Source of the DNA: Hormiphora californensis
Lineage: Eukaryota; Animalia; Ctenophora
Direction: 5' to 3'
DNA length: 64,000 nucleotides
NCBI GenBank assembly: GCA_020137815.1
Contig: CM035352.1
Coordinates: forward strand, 1,550,001-1,614,000
Below, piece by piece: positions 1-10,200 of the stretch (position 1 is the stretch's first letter; every line of letters begins with the position of its first letter). Under the pieces are notes generated by a model. The model was not told the origin of the DNA and did not search any database. It saw nothing but the letters and a program-made list of their open reading frames with translations. A program made the translations under genes and the position numbers.

Positions 1-30
1 ACCCAGTACCGTAAGACTGGTACAGTAGTA

Positions 31-1833
31 CTAGTGCGCCTGCTGTTGGTGGTGACCTTCATGCTCTTTATCGAAACAGTTCTCGTCTGTCGACTCGTAT
101 CTTCCAATGGAAGGGTACCACCAGGGAGTACCGGGGAAACCCGGCGCTACCTTGGTGGGACCTGACCGGGAGATCGAGCACGGCGCTCTGGGCAGCCATG
201 TGTGTTGGTGACCTGAGGAGAGAACTGTGAAATCTAGGGATCGCTGCTCCCCAACGACAGCAAGTGGGTGGAAGTACGGGAGGTACACGACACACACACA
301 CACACTACCACTGCTGCCTTGCATATACAAGTACCTGAGGAAGATATGTGTGGATATATTTCCCTTAAAACAGGTTCTAGGATAACTTGATCTCTTATCA
401 CGCATCATCCCCCCGAATCATTGGTATCGTGTCAGTCTTGTCTTCTCTCTCTGATCTCAATCTAAAACAACTCTAAACAATGTACCTTGTTTTCCCAGAC
501 TTTGCCATGTGCATTATCTGGAACATGTTGGCCCTGTTGAAGGGTTGTTGGTCCACTTTCTCACAGGCGAGCATGGTTTTTACTGCAATACTACCCTTCT
601 GACTCTTACCATCCTTCGACCAATAACTCAGGTGGTCCTGAGGGGGTTGAGTCTGTGAAGAGTCACCCCCTCCCTGCCGACGGACCTCCCTGCCGACGGG
701 TCGGCAGGGAGGTCATTCGGCAGGGAGGGCGGGATATGGGGGTATAATGTCCTACGTGCCGACGAAATTGGGATGAGATCGCCGTCGGCACGTAGGACAT
801 TATACCCCTATTTTCTGCCCTCCCTGCCGACGGACCTCCCTACCGATCGGCAGGGAGGGCCGTCGGCAGGGAGGACATTTTACCCCTCCTTTTACCCTCT
901 GTACCGACGATCGGCAGGGAGGACATTTTACCCCTCCTTTTACCCTCTGTACCGACGATCGGCAGGGAGGACATTTTACCCCTCCTTTTACCCTCTGTAC
1001 CGACGATCGGCAAGTAGGGCCGTCGGCAGGGAGGACATTTACCCCTCCTTTTCAGCCTCACTACCGACGATCGGCAGGGAGGACATTTACCCCTCCTTTT
1101 CACCCTCTGTGCCGACGAAACCATAACCCAAACTTAGCCCAAACCATCGCCCTAACCATCACCCTAACCACCGCCCTAACCACCACCCTAACCCTAACCC
1201 TAACCACCGCCCTAACCCTAACCCCAACCCTAACCCTAACGATACTCAGAGGAACAATACACAGTGAACTCTTCGTATTTGGCCTGCCGGCCAAATTCTC
1301 GAGCTCACAGAAGGAGTGAAACGCCCTCCCTACCGATCGTCGGTACAGAGGGTAATAGGAGGGGTGAAATATCCTCCCTGCCGATCGTCGGTACAGAGGG
1401 TGAATAGGAGGGGTAAATGTCCTCCCTGCCGAATACTCTCTCGGAGTGAGTTTTCGGCAGGGAGGGCGGAATATAGGGATCAAATGTCCTACGTGCCGAC
1501 GGCGATCTCATCCCAATCTCGTCGGCACGTAGGACATTATACCCCTATATCCGACCCGTCGGCAGGGAGGTCCGTCGGCAGGGAGGGCGGGTACCGTTTG
1601 TGAATATCATTCAACTTCTGGCAATTCATTATTCAGAATAATAAATGAAGCTGACAATGTACATACTGACATAACCATAAGCTGCAGTGATATCTATGTG
1701 GGTTCTTAGTTCTTACGTTGAATAGTTTAAAGTTTCGACTCTGAAACTTGGCCTGAAGGGTGGTTTTACTCTTTGCAATTGATCTCTTCACCAGGATACC
1801 ATGCTTCAAGGGTACTTCCGGGAGCAAATCCAT
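31..1833 (-). CDS. Spliced PH-domain (GAP1/Tec-type) protein, paralog A; 3' end uncertain
   Basis: Exon 1833-1717 (MDLLPEVPLKHGILVKRSIAKSKTTLQAKFQSRNFKLFN|GTAAGA); exon 637-486 (CAG|DHLSYWSKDGKSQKGSIAVKTMLACEKVDQQPFNRANMFQIMHMAKSGKT|GT); next exon starts at 334 (CAG|..RYLYMQG). Phases are compatible and the peptide aligns colinearly with paralog B. The frame becomes unclear after the (GT)n run at ~290-305. Confidence 0.75.
668..1590. mobile_element. Non-autonomous TIR/foldback element with ~45-bp tandem subrepeats and a central (CCCTAA)n-like tract
   Basis: Left end ccctccctgccgacggacctccctgccgacgggtcgg is the reverse complement of ~1551-1587. Each arm has a subterminal hairpin (~742-809, ~1482-1545). 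Tandem units cggcagggaggacattttacccctccttttaccctctgtaccgacgat at ~860-1115. Lies within intron 1 of PH paralog A. No clear TSD. Confidence 0.8.
1120..1240 (+). repeat. Degenerate telomere-like (CCCTAA)n tract inside the TIR element
   Basis: ccctaaccctaaccctaacc.. units interspersed with ccaccgccctaa variants. Confidence 0.85.
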
Positions 1834-2537
1834 TATATTTCTGTGTTATGGCAATCGAGGTTAGGTCTTATTCTAACCCTCCGCGGGGCACGGAGAGAGA
1901 TGGTCGAACAATTCAAGTTAGGTCTAGATAGATATAGCTGTCGGATGTTTTTACTAATGGCACAAGTGTGTTGCCGCTTAGAAGGAACTAGAAGCACTGA
2001 GCTGTGTTCCTAATAAACAACATCCGTGTAAAAGAAACACATGATATTGTGGAAATAAATCATACTTTAAATAACAAGTAATACTTGACAAGATCTGGTT
2101 ATAACAAAATAAAATATAAATAATACAACAAACAACGCCCAAAATCGAAATTCATGTTTAAGTATTAGGTAAGATATCAAATAACAACAGGAGCTGTGCT
2201 TTCTCTCTTTCTCTCTCTCTCTCTCTCTCACTCTCTCACTCTCACTCTCTCTTTTTGTACATTTGACAGAAGAGACAGTATGCCGGCCATATCAAACGCA
2301 CAGGCCTGTATTAATATGAAAATATGAAATATATGAGAGACACAACATTCACAAACGAAATGTCTTTATATATATTCTCATATCAAAAGTCGAAAGTCAT
2401 CTGCATTGTTCATCTTGCAATTGAATTACCCAAAATACCTCTCTTATTATTGTCCCTGGGTAACTGGAATCCTGATTCATCGTGTCACCCCGCCGCGGCT
2501 TTATAGAAAGTAGGTTACTACTGCATTATATCCCCAT

Positions 2538-3146
2538 CTAGTCCTCATCCCCCGATAGTTCATCATCAGATATATTAGAACTTCCCCCGATACTCTCCAA
2601 GTTAATACTGGAGAAGGAGTATGTAGTCATCAGGTTACTGGATATCCTGTTGAGCCTTGTGTGGTCAGACTCCGTGATCCTCAGACATCCTGTAGCGTAC
2701 TTAGATCTGTTCTTACAGCACCCCCAAACACCTTTGATGAAGGCACAGGAGTGGTAGCAGGTGTGTTTGGCAGGTCCAACGGTTTCAATGATTAGCCGTT
2801 TAATCTCCCTTGTCCAGGCTTCCAGGGAGGCTGAGTTCGGACACTGCATGTACAAGATCCGTGTTTTGTCCTCCTTGGACAGGAACACAACCTGGAACAT
2901 GTGGAGTCGATGGAAGGCCTCTCGTGCCACAGGCTCACAGGCTCTCATGTCCTCAACCCGGACAGAACCCTTCTGGACCTTCCCGTCGGGTGTCAGATAG
3001 ATCAGCTCATCCTGGTAGAGCCTGAAGAACCTCCTCTGGAACTTGGCTTTGATCGTTGTCACACTCTTGGCCACTGACCTCTTGATGAGAGTGTCGTGTC
3101 GGATTGGGATTCTTACTTCAGGCCATGGTAGACATGTATAATAGCT
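2538..3146 (-). CDS. Stand-alone PH domain + Btk-type zinc-finger protein, paralog B (domain encoded without introns)
   Basis: Frame is open upstream of the tracked ORF: PEVRIPIRHDTLIKRSVAKS..KFQRRFFRLYQDELIY..QKGSVRV..MFQVV..ILYMQC..EAWTREIK..CYHSCAFIKGVWGCCKNRSKYATGC. This matches the PH + H-x-CC-x-GC Btk motif of RASA2/3 and Tec/Btk proteins; stop at 2538. No in-frame ATG: ATGs at 3126/3135 are one base off-frame, or a pyrimidine-rich TAG acceptor at ~3147-3149 joins an upstream exon. Confidence 0.85.
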   Translation of the reverse strand, partial: SYYTCLPWPEVRIPIRHDTLIKRSVAKSVTTIKAKFQRRFFRLYQDELIYLTPDGKVQKGSVRVEDMRACEPVAREAFHRLHMFQVVFLSKEDKTRILYMQCPNSASLEAWTREIKRLIIETVGPAKHTCYHSCAFIKGVWGCCKNRSKYATGCLRITESDHTRLNRISSNLMTTYSFSSINLESIGGSSNISDDELSGDED

Positions 3147-3533
3147 ATAGACAGGAGAGGGGAGGGGTTAGTTGGAATTAGAATTATCTGCTGGAGACAA
3201 ATGTTTACCCAAGAATTGCACCAACGAAATCAAGCTCCTCTAATTACAACTAAACACAGTCCGACAAGAAAATGCTTTTATAAAGCAACACAAATACACA
3301 GCTGCATGCAGTACTGTATATATAGGCAGGGCAGTAGTTTCGACTTTCTCTTGTTATGTTTATTTTAGGGTCAGACCTGGGGCGCTTGTGAACAGTCAAA
3401 AGACAAAACTATGACACTTCAATGTGTTACTCAACAGTCGGAAATCAAAATTCGAAAGAACTTGTGTGATTTTGAGATCATCAAGACCTACTAGATTAAG
3501 ATAGAGACTGAAAATTCAATAACAAACCCCTTA

Positions 3534-6503
3534 GGGGTAGTATGACATACTGCCTACGGAACGTTTGAGGACACATTACGGACACATTGAGGACACCTTG
3601 AGGACAGGTTGTGGACAGGTTGAGGACATGTTGAGGACACATTGTGGACAGGTTGAGGACAGGTTGAGGACACATTGAGGACACATTGAGGACACATTGA
3701 GTAACGGTTGCACATCAATCGTGGACACATTGAGGACACATTAAGGATAGTCTGGGGACAATTTGAGGACACATTTGCATCAATTCACAGGAGACTTTGC
3801 ACCTGTGGTTCAACTGCTGCTTGTTCCGCTTCCCTATGGAGCTCTCGGGCAGGGTCCAGAAAGGCGACCTCCCTTTCTCGCTCACAGAAAGTGAGGGAGA
3901 GAGACAGAGACAGAACGAGATATATAGGGGTCAGGGGAATAGGGAGGGAAAGGTAGGGCAACCGGCCTTCCCGAACCGTGTCTCATATCGTCTAACACTC
4001 CTGATCTAATATCGTATCGTCTCACACTGCTAATAAGGTTCCCCGAATCACATTTTATATCCCGTGTTGTCTGACAGTGCTCATAGGGCGTCCCAGAATC
4101 ATGTCACATATCCACCCCCCCCCCTCATTATAATTTGTTGGTGCTTTTGTTAGTGGTGACTTGAGACGACGCCGAATGCACTGCACGGTATAGCTCAGGT
4201 CACCACGATAAGTGGTCGTGACTGAAACGATAAGTGTGGTCAGATACCTCAACCGATTATCACGGCAACAATTGCACCATGTACTGGTTACAGGAGATCT
4301 TTGCAACCGATTGTCACGGTCCGAGTGGTCCGACCTTAGACCAATTGTACTGGTTATAGGAGAACTGTGCAACCGATTATTTGCCTAGCTAGACTGTGTT
4401 TCGGGGCCCGCCCCCGAAACCACAATGTAAAACACAAATGTAAAGGGAGGGTTAGAAGATAACAACCGATTATTACAATTCGACAGACCTTTTGTAACCA
4501 TCTCACGTGCCTACACCATGCACCATGAGATCTGCCTGTAGGAGATCTCTCACTCGGAGGATGGAGAGATATTCTATTCAGTGAAAAACTGGAGAAAGAA
4601 TGAAACAGAGAGATGGAGTAAAATAAATGGGAGGTAGGGAAGCTGATGCTCCATGTGGGACAGTGGCACCCCGTTTAGGTCTTCACTCGCACACCACGGT
4701 CTTGAGTCAGTCGACTCACGACTGTTATAGTCGTCAAGCCGCTGGGTGATTTACAACACACCTTACCACATTACACCATGTACTACTGGTTACAAAAGAA
4801 CTGTACTACTGGTTACAGGAGAATCGTGCAACCGATTATCACGATGCGACCTTTTGTAACCATCGCGCCATACACTATGAGATCAGCTACCCTACCCCTC
4901 ATCTACTCCATCTCTCAGCTTCCCTACCTCCCATTTACTCCATCTCTCAGCTACCCTACCTCCCATTTACTCCATCTCTCAGCTTCCCTACCTCCCATTT
5001 ACTCCATCTCTCAGCTACCCTACCTCTCATTTACTCCATCTCTCAGGGGTAGGAATGTTAGGATAAATGAGAGAGATGGAGTAAATGGAGGTAGGTAGCT
5101 GAGAGATGGAGTAAATGGGAGGTAGGGTAGCTGAGAGATGGAGTAAATATTTCATTTTATGGTCATTATGTACAATATTGGTTTGTCTTTCTCTACCCTC
5201 TCTCTATTTCTCTCTGTTCATTCTTTCTCCAGTTTTCACTGAATAGAATATCTCTCCATCCTCCGAGTGAGAGATCTCCTACAGGCAATCTCATGGTGCA
5301 TGGTGTAGGCACGTGAGATGGTTACAAAAGGTCTGTCGAATTGTAATAATCGGTTGTTATCTTCAACCCTCTCTTTACATTTGTGTTTTACATTTGTGTT
5401 TCGGGGGCGGGGCGCCCGAAACACAGTCTAGCTAGGCAAATAATCGGTTGCACAGTTCTCCTATAACCAGTATAACAATTGGTCTAAGGTCGGACCACTC
5501 GGACCGTGACAATCGGTTGCAAAGATCTCCTGTAACCAGTACATGGTGCAATTGTTGCCGTGATAATCGGTTGAGGTGATCTGACACACACTTATCGTTT
5601 CAGTCACGACCACTTATCGTGGTGACCTGAGACTATACCGTGCAGTGCATTCGGCGCCGTCTCAAGTCACCACTAACAAAAGCACCAACAAATTATAATG
5701 GGGGGGGGGGGTGGATATGTGACATGATTCTGGGACGCCCTATTAGCACTGTCAGACAACACGGGATATAAAATGTGATTCGGGGAACCTTATTAGCAGT
5801 GTGAGACGATACGATATTAGATCAGGAGTGTTAGACGATATGAGACACGGTTCGGGAAGGCCGGTTGCCCTACCTTTCCCTCCCTATTCCCCTGACCCCT
5901 ATATATCTCGTTCTGTCTCTGTCTCTCTCCCCTACTTTCTGTGAGCGAGAAAGGGAGGTCGCCTTTCTGGACCCTGCCCGAGAGCTCCATAGGGAAGCGG
6001 AACAAGCAGCAGTTGAACCACAGGTGCAAAGTCTCCTGTGAACTGACGCAAATGTGTCCTCAACGTGTCCTCAGACTGTCCTTAATGTGTCCACAATGTG
6101 TCCACAATGTGTCCTCAACGTGTCCTCAACCTGTCCACAATGTGTCCTCAGACTGTCCTCAATGTGTCCTCAACGTGTCCACAATGTGTCCTCAGACTGT
6201 CCTCAATGTGTCCTCAACGTGTCCACAATGTGTCCTTAATGTGTCCACGAGAAAAATGGAAGCGTCCAAATCTAATACCCCAAATTTGTCCCAAATGTGT
6301 CCTCAACGTGTCCTCAGACTGTCCTCAATGTGTCCTCAATGTGTCCTCAATGTGTCCTCAACCTGTCCTCAACCTGTCCACAACCTGTCCACAATGTGTC
6401 CTCAACCTGTCCTCAACCTGTCCACAACCTGTCCTCAATGTGTCCACAATGTGTCCGTAATGTGTCCTCAAACGTCCCGTAGGCAGTATGTCATACTACC
6501 CCC
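3534..6503. mobile_element. ~3-kb foldback DNA transposon (PIF/Harbinger-like TTA TSD), non-coding
   Basis: TTA|GGGGTAGTATGACATACTGCCTACGG ... CCGTAGGCAGTATGTCATACTACCCC(C)|TTA. Near-identical inverted arms ~3534-4612 and ~5205-6503 (mirror ORFs 3797..4009+ and 5817..6029-). An 11-bp satellite (aatgtgtcctc) sits in both arms; ~32-bp tandem repeats in the spacer (4883-5146). Confidence 0.88.
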
Positions 6504-7231
6504 TTAGGACTGATATTAAATATGTAGTTACGCTTTTGATACTTTGGAGAAGTTTTCCATATCAGAGCTGGTCATCCGGTCGTCAAACCACCAAAGTTGG
6601 GTATGGAGTCAAAAGCAGAAGATACTTGTTAATAATTTAAAGAGAAGTCATCTAAGATGAGACCCCTATCCCGATGCTTCAAATGCCACGAACATATCAG
6701 TTTGTTACAAATCATCTTAATTCGGAGAAATGGAAATGTTCGGTTCACGATTTTGATCTGGAGTTCTAAAACCTTGGACCGCTCCTCTTCACACACATTA
6801 CACAATTCTATAGGGGATGTCATTGCCACACAATTGATTCACGGACATTATCAATAATAATATCAAACAGAAAACAAGATGCTGCAACTTGTAGCATCTT
6901 GTTGTAGAAAGTAGTACAAGGATTCGAGTAAACCAAGATATTGAGTATGGCACAACACACACGCCCATCAGGCACACGCCTAGTACTCACCAAACAATTA
7001 TTGTCTGCCTGCTACAAAGTGTGTGTCATGAAGAGTGCTTCTAATTAGAGCTTTGAGAAAATCAAAGCTCCCAACTACACGCGTATACGCTATCGTATTT
7101 CAAGCTCTCTGATTGCTATGCGGCTACAGCACAAAAAAGGGAAGATTTATGAAGGAGCACTGTTGCATGGCAACAGGGCCACCCATGACGACAACATTAC
7201 TCATGATTCTAACCCCCAACTTACATTGCAG

Positions 7232-10200
7232 GGTGGCAATCTAGGTCTTGAAGCAGCACTATTAGATGGGGAGGAGAGTGTACTGTCACTGAAGTTAAAC
7301 TTCCTACACGTGATCTGTCAACATGAGCACTACGTGCCCCTCAACCTACCCTACCCTCACTCTCTCTTCCACGAGAAGAATCCCGTAAAGAGCCCCGGAA
7401 CGGTTAGTACCCCCTCCAGAAGCTGCCAATGTGTTATATCCTATGGATGGAGAGAGATACCCCGTACCCTACGTTGTATCCTGTGAGATACTATGCTGTA
7501 TCCTGATGGTACAGTTTTGGAGGGATTCCCTCTTCACGGTGCACCAGAAGGATCGTCAACCCAAAGTTGAGCCCGCAAAACAAACTTTTGTTGGGGGTGA
7601 CCCAGGAGGCCTTCCTGAACATCCCCAAGGTGAGAAAAGTATATGTTATGGGGGAAAATTTTTGTCAAAATCGAAAAAACTGGTTTTTGGTCCAAATTTG
7701 TGCATAACTTACTTGACTGCCGTTTGATGAAATATCTGATTGACATAAAATAAGTAGACCAGACCTATTTTTGCACGAGGAATCGATTGCCGGTGGAGAG
7801 AAATCTCTAAAATGACCGGAAAATTGTCAAATATGGGAATTTTGTCATTTTTTTGAGGTTTTTGGCCCTTTAACCATTGAAAACGTTAAGATAGGAAGTT
7901 GGCAATAGCGCCAATCGTTAAAATGGTCATTTTTCTACGGGATCCCACAATTTCATGTATATCCGATTCATTGTTAGATTTTGGCAAACTATTGAGATGT
8001 GCTTACTGAAAAAAGGATAACTTGATTTTCTCGTTTTTTGCGATTTTTTAACTTTTGACAGAATTCTGATTGAAATGGCCAATCACGGCCATGCTAAAGT
8101 TGTTTATGGGACAATTTTCGACCAAAATCCAAGATTTCATGCAAATCCAATTACAGATCATTGATTTATAGAAAGTTGAAAAAGGCAAAAAAGGCCAATT
8201 TTTACCATGAAAACAAAAATACACATTTTTTCTTGCCAATTTCCATCAGCAACTGGTACCCTACCTATTTTTGCACGTAGAATCGATTGCCGGTGGAGAT
8301 GATCCTCTCAAATGATTGGAAAGCGGTCGAAATGTCATTTTTTGGTAGTTTTTGGACCTCCAAAAAATGGCATTTTGACCGCTTTTCCAATCATTTAAGA
8401 GGATCCACTCCACCGGCAATCGATTCTACGTGCAAAAATAGGTAGGGTACCAGTTGTTGATGGAAATTGACAAGAAAAAAATGTGTATTTTTGTTTTCAT
8501 GGTAAAAATTGGCCTTTTTTGCCTATTTCAACTTTCTATAAATCAATGATCTGTCATTGGATTTGCATGAAATCTTGGATTTTGGTCGAAAATTGTCCCA
8601 TAAACAACTTAAGCATGGCCCTGATTGGCCATTTCAATCAGAATTCTTTCAAAAGTTAAAAAATCGCAAAAAACGAGAAAATCAAGTTATCCTTTTTTCA
8701 GTAAGCACATCTCAATAGTTTGCCAAAATCTAACAATGAATCGGATATACATGAAATTTTGGGATCCCGTAGAAAAATGACCATTTTAACGATTGGCGCT
8801 ATTGCCAACTTCCTATCTCAACGTTTTCAATGGTTAAAGGGCCAAAAACCTCAAACAAATGACAAAATTCCCATATTTGACAATTTTCCGGTCATTTTAG
8901 AGATTTCTCTCCACCGGCAATCGATTCCTCGTGCAAAAATAGGTCTGGTCTACTTATTTTATGTCAATCAGATATTTCATCAAACGGCAGTCAAGTAAGT
9001 TATGCACAAATTTGGACCAAAAACCAGTTTTTTCGATTTTGACAAAAATTTTCCCCCATAACATATACTTTTCTCACCTTGGGGATGTTCAGGAAGGCCT
9101 CCTGGGTCACCCCCAACAAAAGTTTGTTTTGCGGGCTCAACTTTGGGTTGACGATCCTTCTGGTGCACCGTGTCTTGTCACTGTCGTAATTGTTACCAGT
9201 ACATGGAAGAAGAGGGGGTATGCAATTGTCTCCGTAATTTTATCAGATCAGGAAGATTTTTGAAGAGTGGGGATCGAAGACGGAAGATCAGTTTCAGTTC
9301 CTAACCCCATTTCCTTCCAGTTTAAGTTGAAACTAAAATCAACAAAAACGGCTCTCTCCCTGTCATCTCTAAACAAGACCTACTGTGAGCGGCACTTCCT
9401 AGTCGGTCTCCTCCTATCTCTGGAGTCATACATCCTCAACGCAACATCGTGAGTAAACATGCAGTTGGATTATTTCCAACTCGGGTAAACAATCACACAG
9501 TGGTGGCATGATGCCAGTGTTACCATAACAATAACTCTCTTCCCCAGTGTTACCATGATAACAACTCCCTTCCCCAGTGTTACCATAACAACAACTCTCT
9601 TCCCCAGTGTTACCATGACAACTACCCCCACCCCCCCAGTGTTACCATAACAACAACTCCCTTCCCCAGTGTTACCATAACAACAACTCCCTTCCCCAGT
9701 GTTACCATGACAACAACTCCATTCCCCACCAGGAGTTCAACGTTACAGCGGGCAGTTATCCTGTTGACGCGTGACGTCATATTTGCCCATGACAACGACC
9801 CAACCCTGACGGACTCAGCCAGGAGGTCCAGGGTGGCATCCCTTTACCTGCCCTTTGTTACCATTGTCATGGACGTGCGGGAGAAGTTGTGGGATTTCAC
9901 CAAACCTGGACGGGATAACGGAGCTACTGCTGCTGATGATTCAGTGGTAAGGGGATGGGATCTCGTGGTGAAATGTATTATACAGGGGTTGGAATTTGGA
10001 TATTAATTGATGTCATTTGAGCTATCGATCAGTAATTGTAATTAGTTAACTGAACACTGAACACTGATTCTCCAGATGCAGTCCCCGTTTAGTTCGATGG
10101 GTCGAGGGACAGCAAAGAAGATGGGTACAATACCAACCCGGTCAACCCGGACTTTGCTTCTGTGTGTCCTTTCAATCTTAAAGGTATACCACCTCCCCTG

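Noticed and set aside
860-1115. Regular ~45-bp repeats resembling a CRISPR array
   Set aside because: Units are head-to-tail with no unique spacers, there are no cas genes, and the context is a eukaryotic intron. The same applies to 4883-5045 and 9513-9730.
1120-1240. True telomere or chromosome fusion site
   Set aside because: Short, degenerate, single orientation and enclosed by a TIR element within an intron.
3496-6507. Cys/Pro/Gln-rich ORFs (MCPQ../NVSST..) and mirror ORFs
   Set aside because: They are translations of an 11-bp satellite and of inverted-repeat arms, open in several frames at once.
7535-7580. RSS-like heptamer CACGGTG suggesting a RAG/Transib element
   Set aside because: No ACAAAAACC-like nonamer at 12 or 23 bp spacing, the TSD is 4 bp rather than 5 bp, and no transposase is present.
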